Positions 1-5,704 of a stretch of 37,408 nucleotides of DNA are shown in pieces (the first letter of the stretch is position 1; each line of letters starts with the position of its first letter). Below the pieces are notes generated by a model. That model did no database searches. It was not told the origin of the DNA and saw only the letters and a list, made by a program, of their open reading frames with translations. The stretch is from a virus. The translations under genes were made by a program, and so were the position numbers. Location: the IMG/VR virus record IMGVR_UViG_3300049436_000016; one strand, given 5' to 3'.

Positions 1-127
1 TGGGCAAGCTGTCGCTCGATAGCCTTCTCGTTCCAGCCGTGTTCGTGCAGGTAGGTCGATGCTGTCGACCTGAAGCCGTGGCCGGAGAATTCCCCACCGT
101 ACCCCATGCGCTCGATAGCCCGGTTGA
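1..127. repeat. Left copy of exact 127-bp terminal direct repeat (= 37282..37408); circular-closure overlap
   Basis: Read directly: bases 1-127 (tgggcaagctgtcgctcgat...gctcgatagcccggttga) are identical to 37282-37408. The repeat lies inside the integrase reading frame. Confidence 0.95.
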
Positions 128-1088
128 TAGCCGTCCTGGACATGCAGGTTTTGGGGTTTCTAGTATTCGGAAACAGGTGGGATCGGTTACCGGTTAGTTC
201 GCGCAGGTCGCGCAACAGAGCAAGCGCCTGACGGGACAGCGGGACAATATGAACCTCGCCCGGAAGCATGTACTTCGCGCCCTTCATGTGTTCCGCTGGC
301 ACCCGCCATTCAGCGGCATCGAAATCAATCTCTGTCCACTCGCCCATTCTAAGTTCCTGCGTCCGCAGGAACGTCAGCAGCATCAGCCGCATGGCGATTC
401 GCATGGCCGGCCATCCGCCGTTCACCTCGATCTTGCCCAAGAATTTCGGGATGTCGTCTTTGGTCAGCGGCGGGTTATGCCTGACCGCCTTGCGCTTGAT
501 TGCGCCCTTCAGCGCCACCGATGGATCGCCGGACGCCCTTGATGTCAGTATTGCGTACCGGAAGACCTGACCAGACCACTGGCGCACCAGAAGTGCCACC
601 GACGAAGCCCCGCGCTTCTCAATTGAGCGAATGACGCTCAATAGCTGTGGAGCCTCCACAGACTTGATCGGCTGCTTGCCGATCCTCGGAAATACATCGC
701 CATCGAATGTCGTTTCGATGAGCCGCCTGTATTGCTCCGACCATCCCTCCTTGTTTTGTTCAATCCATTCACGCGCTACCAGTTCAAAGGTTGTCGCGTG
801 TTCGTTCATCCTTGCCAACTTCTCGGCTTCCTTCGCCCTGGTTGGATTTATCCCGAGCTTGGCCTGCTCTCGCGCCCATTCTCGAGCCTTTCGCGCCTCG
901 GACAAAGTGACGCCTGGATAGTCGCCAATGGTGAATATTCCGTCCTTGCCATCGATCCAGTATCGGTAACGCCACGTTTTTACCCCGCTGGTCCGTACCT
1001 CAAGGTATAGCCCTTGGCCGTCCTGCAGCTTGTAGGTCTTGGCCCCTGGCTTAGCGTTGCGGGCTTTTGTGTCGGTCAGTGTGGCCAT
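1..1088 (-). CDS. int: Tyrosine integrase, P4-like (5' 1088 nt; ORF runs off the left edge and continues at 37281..37107 on the circle, 420 aa in total)
   Basis: Hand translation from ATG (complement of 1086-1088): MATLTDTKARNAKPGAKTYKLQDGQGLYLEVRTSGVKTWRYRYWIDGKDG... (N-terminal arm-binding domain typical of P4-family integrases) ...LLTFLRTQELR...HIVPLSRQA... It is open to base 1 and in the same frame as ORF 37107..37388 (HGFRST...). It is missing from the ORF track because it has no stop before the window edge. 1088+175 nt = 421 codons. Confidence 0.93.
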   Translation of the reverse strand, partial: MATLTDTKARNAKPGAKTYKLQDGQGLYLEVRTSGVKTWRYRYWIDGKDGIFTIGDYPGVTLSEARKAREWAREQAKLGINPTRAKEAEKLARMNEHATTFELVAREWIEQNKEGWSEQYRRLIETTFDGDVFPRIGKQPIKSVEAPQLLSVIRSIEKRGASSVALLVRQWSGQVFRYAILTSRASGDPSVALKGAIKRKAVRHNPPLTKDDIPKFLGKIEVNGGWPAMRIAMRLMLLTFLRTQELRMGEWTEIDFDAAEWRVPAEHMKGAKYMLPGEVHIVPLSRQALALLRDLRELTGNRSHLFPNTRNPKTCMSRTAINRAIERMGYGGEFSGHGFRSTASTYLHEHGWNEKAIERQLA

Positions 1089-1105
1089 GCCGGTCCAATA
1101 ATTCC

Positions 1106-1413
1106 ATCTCCGGTTGGTTATCCGGTTTCGTCGTGGATGTTCGCGGAATCAGGCGAACAAAATTGGACGAAGTATAGACGCAAGACAGGCCGGGTCGCTA
1201 GGGTCGGCGGGCGATTCGTGGAGTTGTGCGGAATAGTGCGGAATGTACCGGAATCGGCGGGGCTCTAATTACGGATTAGCGCCACATCATCGCCAACCCA
1301 TTGATTCAACTACTGCGCGACGCCTTCCATGCTCAATTTTATCCGGGTGTATATCCGGTTTGCTCGGCGCTGCCCGGTTTTTGATACCCCTGGCCTTGGC
1401 TTGCCCGGTTCTG
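1106..1413. promoter_or_regulatory. Candidate attP region with clustered short direct repeats (putative integrase arm-type / accessory sites)
   Basis: Non-coding 1089-1441 next to int. Tandem 10-bp units GTGCGGAATA/GTGCGGAATG/TACCGGAATC at 1226-1255 plus CGCGGAATC at 1142-1150. CCGGTT occurs at 1110, 1122, 1355, 1374 and 1405. The crossover core cannot be identified without attB. Confidence 0.45.
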
Positions 1414-1441
1414 AATTATGCATTATTCCACGGACAGCCAG

Positions 1442-1468
1442 AAACGAAAAAGGGGCCGACTGGCCCCC
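1442..1468 (-). terminator. Rho-independent terminator ending the leftward accessory operon
   Basis: Minus strand reads GGGGCC-AGTC-GGCCCC followed by TTTTT-CG-TTT, 17 nt after the stop of ORF 1485..1916. Confidence 0.8.
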
Positions 1469-1484
1469 CAGGCTGATTTTCATT

Positions 1485-1916
1485 TTATTGACATCCGCAC
1501 ACTTCACGGTAGCGGGATAGGGCTTCTGGAACTTTGTTCAGTCTGTCACGTTTGATCGACAGCATCTTGAACCGAAGCTCTTTGCTATCAACAGCAACTC
1601 GATCAAAGTCAGCAACGTAGCATCGCGCCCACGCTTCCCCATAGTCTTCGGCGTTCTTCATTGCTAGCTCAAGCGCCTCCGCCATCTCCTTCGCCAGTTT
1701 CTCAAGGGCGGATATGCGCTCCATGTGTTCCTTGCACTGGCCAAATGATGAGATATATTGCAGGGCTTGCTCTTTCACCTCGGACTCTAGGGCTTCGATT
1801 CTTGCTGCTCGTTCGATAGCCAGCTTCTCGGCTTCTGAGCATGCTTTCACGACATCATCAAGCATGGTACTTTTGGCTGCATTCGCGCCGTCGATCAATT
1901 GGTCGATGCTGCTCAT
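1485..1916 (-). CDS. Hypothetical coiled-coil protein (143 aa)
   Basis: ORF track. Heptad-like, E/K/A-rich sequence. Its ATG overlaps the stop of the upstream 48-aa ORF. Lies in the lower-GC region. Confidence 0.75.
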   Translation of the reverse strand: MSSIDQLIDGANAAKSTMLDDVVKACSEAEKLAIERAARIEALESEVKEQALQYISSFGQCKEHMERISALEKLAKEMAEALELAMKNAEDYGEAWARCYVADFDRVAVDSKELRFKMLSIKRDRLNKVPEALSRYREVCGCQ

Positions 1917-2059
1917 TTCATAACCTCGCCGGTTAGCGTTTCAATCGCTGCTGAAAGTTGCTCGTACAGGTAATCCGGCATACGGCGGTTATCTGCAAAG
2001 CTCCATGATTCGACAGCGGATAGCAGCTTGATAATGTCCAGTGCTTCTTGCTTGGTCAT
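1913..2059 (-). CDS. Hypothetical small protein (48 aa; below the ORF-track cutoff)
   Basis: Hand translation: MTKQEALDIIKLLSAVESWSFADNRRMPDYLYEQLSAAIETLTGEVMK. ATGA start/stop overlaps with both neighbours (2056-2059 and 1913-1916). Confidence 0.6.
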   Translation of the reverse strand: MTKQEALDIIKLLSAVESWSFADNRRMPDYLYEQLSAAIETLTGEVMK

Positions 2060-2697
2060 TCCCCGTTCTCCTTATCTGATCTGGCGCGGATTGCAGCGGC
2101 GTTGCTGCGAATATCATCCGCACTAGCGCCGGCCTCAAAATCATCTGCGGCATCGAATAGAGCTTGCGCTCTGGCCTCTTTCACCTTCTCCGCCACATAA
2201 GCGTCTAGGGCTTCGGTTGATGGCTGGATGGCGAGTGCAGAGCGACAAATTTTTGTTATTTCTGGACTTATGTGGTCTTTAGAATTAAAGATGCCAATTT
2301 CGTCTATGCAAGTTCGCATCTGCTGGATGACCAACTGCTGCGCGGCCAAGTCCTGCATAGCTGCATTGAAGTGATCAACGCAATCTATATTTGCTTTTCG
2401 GACATTATGAACCTCTTCCCGCGCAGCATCCTTCACTTCTTGCGGCGTGGGCTGTGGGTGCAGGTAGAGGGGAATACGCCCTCTAAGAAAATTTTTATAC
2501 ACAGTCCCACAAGAACTCGCCTTGAATGCTCTGCTTATTTCCGGATATACGTACCCGAAAGGCTCCTGCTGCTTCGTCAATTCTGCGACGAGTCGGCGGG
2601 AAAATTCGATTGCTGTTGTTTCTCCTATTTCCCCGCCATCGGCATTGATTTCATCCGCTACCCGCAGCGCAATTTGTTCTGGCGTTTCCACGATCAA
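2056..2697 (-). CDS. Hypothetical protein (213 aa); N-terminus paralogous to the upstream 77-aa protein
   Basis: ORF track. VETPEQIALRVADE...AIEFSRRLVAEL aligns with ETLEQIAWNAAS...LAEFSISLLAKL of 2694..2927. Overlaps its neighbours by 4 nt. Confidence 0.75.
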   Translation of the reverse strand: MIVETPEQIALRVADEINADGGEIGETTAIEFSRRLVAELTKQQEPFGYVYPEISRAFKASSCGTVYKNFLRGRIPLYLHPQPTPQEVKDAAREEVHNVRKANIDCVDHFNAAMQDLAAQQLVIQQMRTCIDEIGIFNSKDHISPEITKICRSALAIQPSTEALDAYVAEKVKEARAQALFDAADDFEAGASADDIRSNAAAIRARSDKENGE

Positions 2698-2927
2698 GCT
2701 CCGGTAATTACATCATAGATAAATTGGCTATTTTTCATCGCATCATCAGCAATCAGTGTCGGATGTACATCTTCATAGCCTTCCGGAATGCGAATGCTGA
2801 TAAGCACGCCGTTATTTGACAACTTAGCTAACAGGCTGATAGAAAACTCTGCAAGTTCTTCTGGTGAGTTGTTATTGCGAATATTTACGCTAGCAGCGTT
2901 CCACGCGATCTGTTCCAGTGTTTCCAT
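2694..2927 (-). CDS. Hypothetical protein (77 aa from ATG at 2927; the ORF is open from a GTG at 2960)
   Basis: ORF track 2694..2960. The internal ATG (METLEQIAW...) is preceded by ACGGAG about 9 nt upstream. The GTG at 2960 lies inside hairpin 2954-2975. Confidence 0.7.
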   Translation of the reverse strand: METLEQIAWNAASVNIRNNNSPEELAEFSISLLAKLSNNGVLISIRIPEGYEDVHPTLIADDAMKNSQFIYDVITGA

Positions 2928-2953
2928 GGTGTAAAACTCCGTTTTTATCGATG

Positions 2954-2985
2954 TAGGCACCTGTTTTGGTGCCTAATTGGCGTTA
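2954..2985 (-). promoter_or_regulatory. Intercistronic element E1: TAACGCC box + 8-bp hairpin
   Basis: Minus strand: cTAACGCC-aat-TAGGCACC-aaaaca-GGTGCCTA, just upstream of the RBS of 2694..2927. Confidence 0.5.
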
Positions 2986-3062
2986 GAAGTCATGGCCTTG
3001 CACATGCGTTATCGGCCATCGCTCTGCACTCAACGGAGCGCGGCCCATCAAACCGACCACAA

Positions 3063-3272
3063 TCAGGGGGGGGTGCAATTCCTCAGGCCAAGAGGGTCAG
3101 GAAGTGCATTCGCCTGCACTCCGTTCGCGGCATCCGGGTTCGCCCCTGCTTGCAGGTTGCACTCGCCGGGTTTTAGCGAGCAGAACTCACCGCCAACAAT
3201 CACATATCCGCACATTGCACGGCCTCCGCGCAAAGACCCTCGCACAGTGCATTTCAGTTTTTCGTTTTCCAT
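3063..3272 (-). CDS. Hypothetical Cys-containing small protein (69 aa); the 3' end abuts a C8 homopolymer
   Basis: ORF track. GGAGAA lies 6 nt upstream of the ATG. Four Cys residues (C8, C21, C31, C38). The last codons ACC CCC CCC TGA are formed by the G8 run at 3066-3073. Confidence 0.6.
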   Translation of the reverse strand: MENEKLKCTVRGSLRGGRAMCGYVIVGGEFCSLKPGECNLQAGANPDAANGVQANALPDPLGLRNCTPP

Positions 3273-3314
3273 CGTTTTCTCCAGTTGACCGTAACAGCCG
3301 TTCTAACTATTCAA

Positions 3315-3359
3315 TCAACCCGACCGGCCTGACGGCCGTCGGGTTATCTCAGGCGTTAT
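3315..3359 (-). terminator. Intercistronic element E2: ATAACGCC box + GC hairpin (terminator-like, weak T tract)
   Basis: Minus strand: aTAACGCC-tgagataa-CCCGACGGCC-gtca-GGCCGGTCGGG-TTGATTG. It overlaps the stop of 3349..3597. Confidence 0.55.
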
Positions 3360-3597
3360 ACGAGGCGTCTTTTGCCCGTTTCGCAGCCTTCCGTGCCCGT
3401 TTGGCTTCGGCCTTTGCCAGCGCCGCCGCATTCTTTTCTGCCCGTCGTCCGGTGTTCACCGTATCGGGCGTTATCGGACCCTCTCTCATTTCCGGCGCCC
3501 GCCTCCGCGTCCGTACTTCAAAATCGGCCAGTGCCGGCGCAGTCATGGTGCTCATTGCCAGCGCCGCCATCAGCAATCCAGTATTTCTGCCTCGCAT
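3349..3597 (-). CDS. Small secreted basic protein (82 aa) with a predicted signal peptide
   Basis: ORF track. N-terminus MRGRNTGLLMAALAMSTMTAPALA|DFE looks like a Sec signal with an AxA cleavage site. C-terminus is K/R/A-rich. AAGGA RBS upstream. Confidence 0.7.
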   Translation of the reverse strand: MRGRNTGLLMAALAMSTMTAPALADFEVRTRRRAPEMREGPITPDTVNTGRRAEKNAAALAKAEAKRARKAAKRAKDASYNA

Positions 3598-3624
3598 ATC
3601 TCGTCCTTTCGTATAACTGTGCCT

Positions 3625-3882
3625 TCAACCCGGACGCTTCGCCTGCGGCTCAGCTCCGGTTAAGGCGGCGTTGGGCGTCAGAAACCGGATGCGCTCAGCC
3701 CTCGGAGTCTCTATGTGTCCGTCAGGAAACTCTACGATGGCTATCGGGTAGTTTCCCGGCCCGCTTTCGTATTCTTCGTGGTCAGTGCCAAACCCGTGAA
3801 ACACGGCCTCGCCTTTATCGACCTCAACCCACTGTTTTGTTCCTGGTGCGTTTTCGTACGAAGTCACCATTACTTTTCGCAT
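3625..3882 (-). CDS. Hypothetical protein (85 aa)
   Basis: ORF track. AGGAA lies 5 nt upstream of the ATG. Globular-looking composition. Confidence 0.7.
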   Translation of the reverse strand: MRKVMVTSYENAPGTKQWVEVDKGEAVFHGFGTDHEEYESGPGNYPIAIVEFPDGHIETPRAERIRFLTPNAALTGAEPQAKRPG

Positions 3883-3919
3883 TTCAGTTCCTTTCCGGGC
3901 GTCAGCCGCCCAACATTGT

Positions 3920-3967
3920 GGTCAACGCGACCTTCGCTACGCTCAGTCGCGTTACCGCCAGCGTTAT
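3920..3967 (-). promoter_or_regulatory. Intercistronic element E3: ATAACGCT box + 8-bp hairpin
   Basis: Minus strand: aTAACGCT-ggcggt-AACGCGAC-(14 nt)-GTCGCGTT-GACC, in the 88-nt gap after the stop of 3971..4429. Confidence 0.5.
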
Positions 3968-3970
3968 GCC

Positions 3971-4429
3971 TCACCCAACCCATCGCCACTTGCCCCCTAC
4001 GAGGTCGTTTCCAACGGGCTGTGCGCTGCGTCCTTCGCGGCTGTGCCACATTGCCGCACTCCCGCCCGCATCTTCCTTGTCGAGCCGAAAACCAGCGGCC
4101 CGCAAACTGGCCCCGCCTTCTTCCGGCAGGGTGTAGGTAAAAACCGGGTCATGCCCAAGCGCCCGCGCTGCCTTCCGAGCCGCCCCGTAGAGCATCGAGC
4201 AGGCGTTCCTTGCGCCATCGGTGCAAAGGCGCGTTATCTCTGCCGCTGTGCCGTCGTCAAGCCTTGGCGCTACCGGCCTGCCAACAATCGCAACGCCGCG
4301 CAGGGTTCCAGTTTCGTCTTCCACGCCTACCGCAAATTTGTAGCCCACCACCGGGCGGCTGTGCCGGTGCAGTCGGCGCACAAACTCATTCGCGGTTTTC
4401 AGGTCGGTCGGCACAATGCGCAGTTTCAT
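3971..4429 (-). CDS. Prophage-associated small protein resembling the 'XF1762 family' / GNAT-fold-like proteins (152 aa from the ATG at 4429)
   Basis: ORF track 3971..4450. MKLRIVPTDLKTANEFVRRLHRHSRPVVGYKFAVGVED...AEITRLCTDG matches my memory of this prophage family. GGAGAA lies 5 nt upstream of the internal ATG. Confidence 0.6.
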   Translation of the reverse strand: MKLRIVPTDLKTANEFVRRLHRHSRPVVGYKFAVGVEDETGTLRGVAIVGRPVAPRLDDGTAAEITRLCTDGARNACSMLYGAARKAARALGHDPVFTYTLPEEGGASLRAAGFRLDKEDAGGSAAMWHSREGRSAQPVGNDLVGGKWRWVG

Positions 4430-4442
4430 GGTTTCTCCAAGG

Positions 4443-4787
4443 TCAGGCATAACCCGTCGCTCCAGCGGGACCGGGCGAAGAGCCGCCCGGCCCCTGAGCT
4501 AGTGCGTTAGAAGGCGTCGTCTTCGTGGTTACAACTCGCCAGTCGCCGATTTCAATTTCGCCGCGTGTCAGCCCATCAATTTCAAACACCGACTCGGTTG
4601 CGTTGCCGTGGTGCGCGTCAAGGCACAGCATCAGCGCGGCGGCAAATGTCGTTGCCTGGTCAAGCTGTGCGGCCACTCCGGTGATGAGCGCAATCTTGCG
4701 TTTCACCAGCTTGCCTAGCGCCGCATCGTCAAGGTCGCTCCAAAGCGCCGCGGCCTTCTCTTCGTCAGTCAAAATCAGTTCTGCCAC
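4443..4787 (-). CDS. Hypothetical protein (114 aa; GTG start)
   Basis: ORF track. AAGGAG lies 6 nt upstream of the GTG at 4787. The Gly/Pro/Ser-rich C-terminal tail is encoded by the E6 hairpin element. Confidence 0.7.
   Translation of the reverse strand: MAELILTDEEKAAALWSDLDDAALGKLVKRKIALITGVAAQLDQATTFAAALMLCLDAHHGNATESVFEIDGLTRGEIEIGDWRVVTTKTTPSNALAQGPGGSSPGPAGATGYA
4467..4509 (-). promoter_or_regulatory. Element E6: TAACGCA box + 11-bp hairpin embedded in the 3' end of 4443..4787
   Basis: Minus strand: TAACGCA-ctagctca-GGGGCCGGGCG-gctctt-CGCCCGGTCCC (one mismatch), just upstream of the RBS of 3971..4429. Confidence 0.45.
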
Positions 4788-4826
4788 TTCCGTCTCCTTA
4801 TCAACCAGCCTTCTAACACTACGTTC

Positions 4827-4868
4827 TAGCGGAACGGCGCAAGCGCCGCCCGCTAACCTTTGGCGTTA
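4827..4868 (-). promoter_or_regulatory. Element E4: TAACGCC box + compound hairpin
   Basis: Minus strand: cTAACGCC-aaaggt-TAGCGG-gc-GGCGC-tt-GCGCC-gtt-CCGCTA, between the plus-strand cassette promoter and the RBS of 4443..4787. Confidence 0.5.
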
Positions 4869-4889
4869 GAGCGCTTCAGTGCGCCCGGT

Positions 4890-4938
4890 GAAAATAATTT
4901 CAAAAAGTTATTGACACTAGGCCCAATGGGCCTATAAT
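4890..4938 (+). promoter_or_regulatory. Near-consensus sigma70 promoter with an AT-rich UP-like tract and a palindromic operator in the spacer
   Basis: TTGACA (4911-4916), 16-nt spacer, TATAAT (4933-4938). Upstream sequence is aaaataatttcaaaaagtta. The inverted repeat TAGGCCC-aat-GGGCCTA (4918-4934) fills the spacer. AGGAGA RBS, then ATG at 4991. Confidence 0.8.
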
Positions 4939-4990
4939 AGAACACATGGGAAGGCGATTGGCGCCGGCCCGAACAGCCAGGAGAAACCTG

Positions 4991-5191
4991 ATGACCACTC
5001 AAGACATCGAAGCCAAAGTAGCAGCCGGCGAACTTACCAAGCTCCATACCTCCTACGTCCGTACCTACGTTTCCCGCAAGAGCGGCGAAATTGTCCGCCC
5101 GTACAAGGGCAAATTCGGCGAAGGTTTCGCGCTTCTCAGCCCGAACTGGGATAGCACCCGCTACAGCTTCATCACCTACTACGTTTCCTAA
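4991..5191 (+). CDS. Hypothetical small protein (66 aa), first gene of the counter-oriented cassette
   Basis: ORF track 4946..5191. The internal ATG at 4991 (MTTQDIEAKVAAGEL...) has AGGAGA 6 nt upstream and lies downstream of the predicted transcription start. Confidence 0.7.
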   Translation: MTTQDIEAKVAAGELTKLHTSYVRTYVSRKSGEIVRPYKGKFGEGFALLSPNWDSTRYSFITYYVS

Positions 5192-5200
5192 TCGCAGCGC

Positions 5201-5229
5201 TCCCCGCTTCGGCGGGGAATTCCTTGTTT
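5201..5229 (+). terminator. Intercistronic UUCG-tetraloop hairpin (partial terminator / attenuator)
   Basis: TCCCCGC-TTCG-GCGGGGA followed by attccttgttt, between the two cassette genes. Confidence 0.5.
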
Positions 5230-5239
5230 GGAGAAAATC

Positions 5240-5650
5240 ATGGAAAAAATTTGCTCTGTTTGTGGCGAGCCGGCTCACCAGTCCATGGGCGGCGTATTGT
5301 TGTGCACGATGCACGCGTCCATCATCCGGGATCAGGTCGATAGCATCCGCGCTGCCGGCGGTCAGGTTGATGTTGCTCGTATCGCCTATGGCATGCGGGA
5401 GCCGGAAACCCCGGCGCAGTACGCCCCGTCTGCCGGCGCCGTACGAGAGTTTTTGAAAAACAACGACATCACTGGTGGTGATGCGGCGCGCATGATGTAC
5501 CTGAGCGGATCGAGGCAAGTCAGAAAATACACAGGTGGCGAAAGTCCGCGTCAGATGGATGGTGCTCGCTGGTTTTGTCTGCATGCTCATGTGATTCTGT
5601 CTCCCGATCAAATCCGAGTGATTGAGGCTGCCATGGAGGCGGCGCTCTAA
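5240..5650 (+). CDS. Putative DNA-binding regulator: N-terminal Cys/His zinc-ribbon-like motif + C-terminal XRE-like HTH (136 aa)
   Basis: ORF track 5228..5650 (TTG). The ATG at 5240 has GGAGAA 4 nt upstream. CSVCGEPAH...LLCTMH, then REFLKNNDITGGDAARMMYLSGSRQVRKYTGGES, which reads like an HTH. Confidence 0.65.
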   Translation: MEKICSVCGEPAHQSMGGVLLCTMHASIIRDQVDSIRAAGGQVDVARIAYGMREPETPAQYAPSAGAVREFLKNNDITGGDAARMMYLSGSRQVRKYTGGESPRQMDGARWFCLHAHVILSPDQIRVIEAAMEAAL

Positions 5651-5656
5651 CACGGC

Positions 5657-5702
5657 GGTCAAGCCGACGGCCCTGACGGGCCTCGGCTTACCTCAGCGTT
5701 AT
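5657..5702. terminator. Element E5: ATAACGCT box + 12-bp hairpin; bidirectional terminator between convergent genes
   Basis: Minus strand: aTAACGCT-gaggt-AAGCCGAGGCCC-gtca-GGGCCGTCGGCTT-GACC. It sits between the stop of 5240..5650 (+) and the stop of 5705..5920 (-). Confidence 0.6.
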
Positions 5703-5704
5703 GT

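Noticed and set aside
1-127. The 127-bp repeat as a genuine T7-like direct terminal repeat of the virion DNA
   Set aside because: The repeat lies inside the integrase coding sequence, so physical ends there would split the gene. The length equals a common maximum assembler k-mer, so an assembly-closure overlap is the simpler explanation. Read-level data are needed to be certain.
1089-1445. A tRNA or tRNA 3' fragment as the attP core (expected for P4-family integrases)
   Set aside because: I could not find a T-arm/acceptor-like GGTTCGAATCC...CCA segment on either strand by eye. Only short hairpins are present (for example GTTCGC-N8-GCGAAC at 1139-1158).
2977-4510. Plus-strand ORFs 3104..3616, 3372..4136, 3715..4140 and 4043..4510
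   Set aside because: The translations are Pro/Arg/Ser-rich and low-complexity. They overlap each other and the RBS-supported minus-strand genes, and all are opposite to the local transcription direction.
4853-5662. 269-aa minus-strand ORF spanning the counter-oriented cassette
   Set aside because: It is the antisense shadow of two plus-strand genes that have their own consensus promoter, strong RBSs and terminators. The translation is R/G/S-rich with no motif, and no RBS precedes it.
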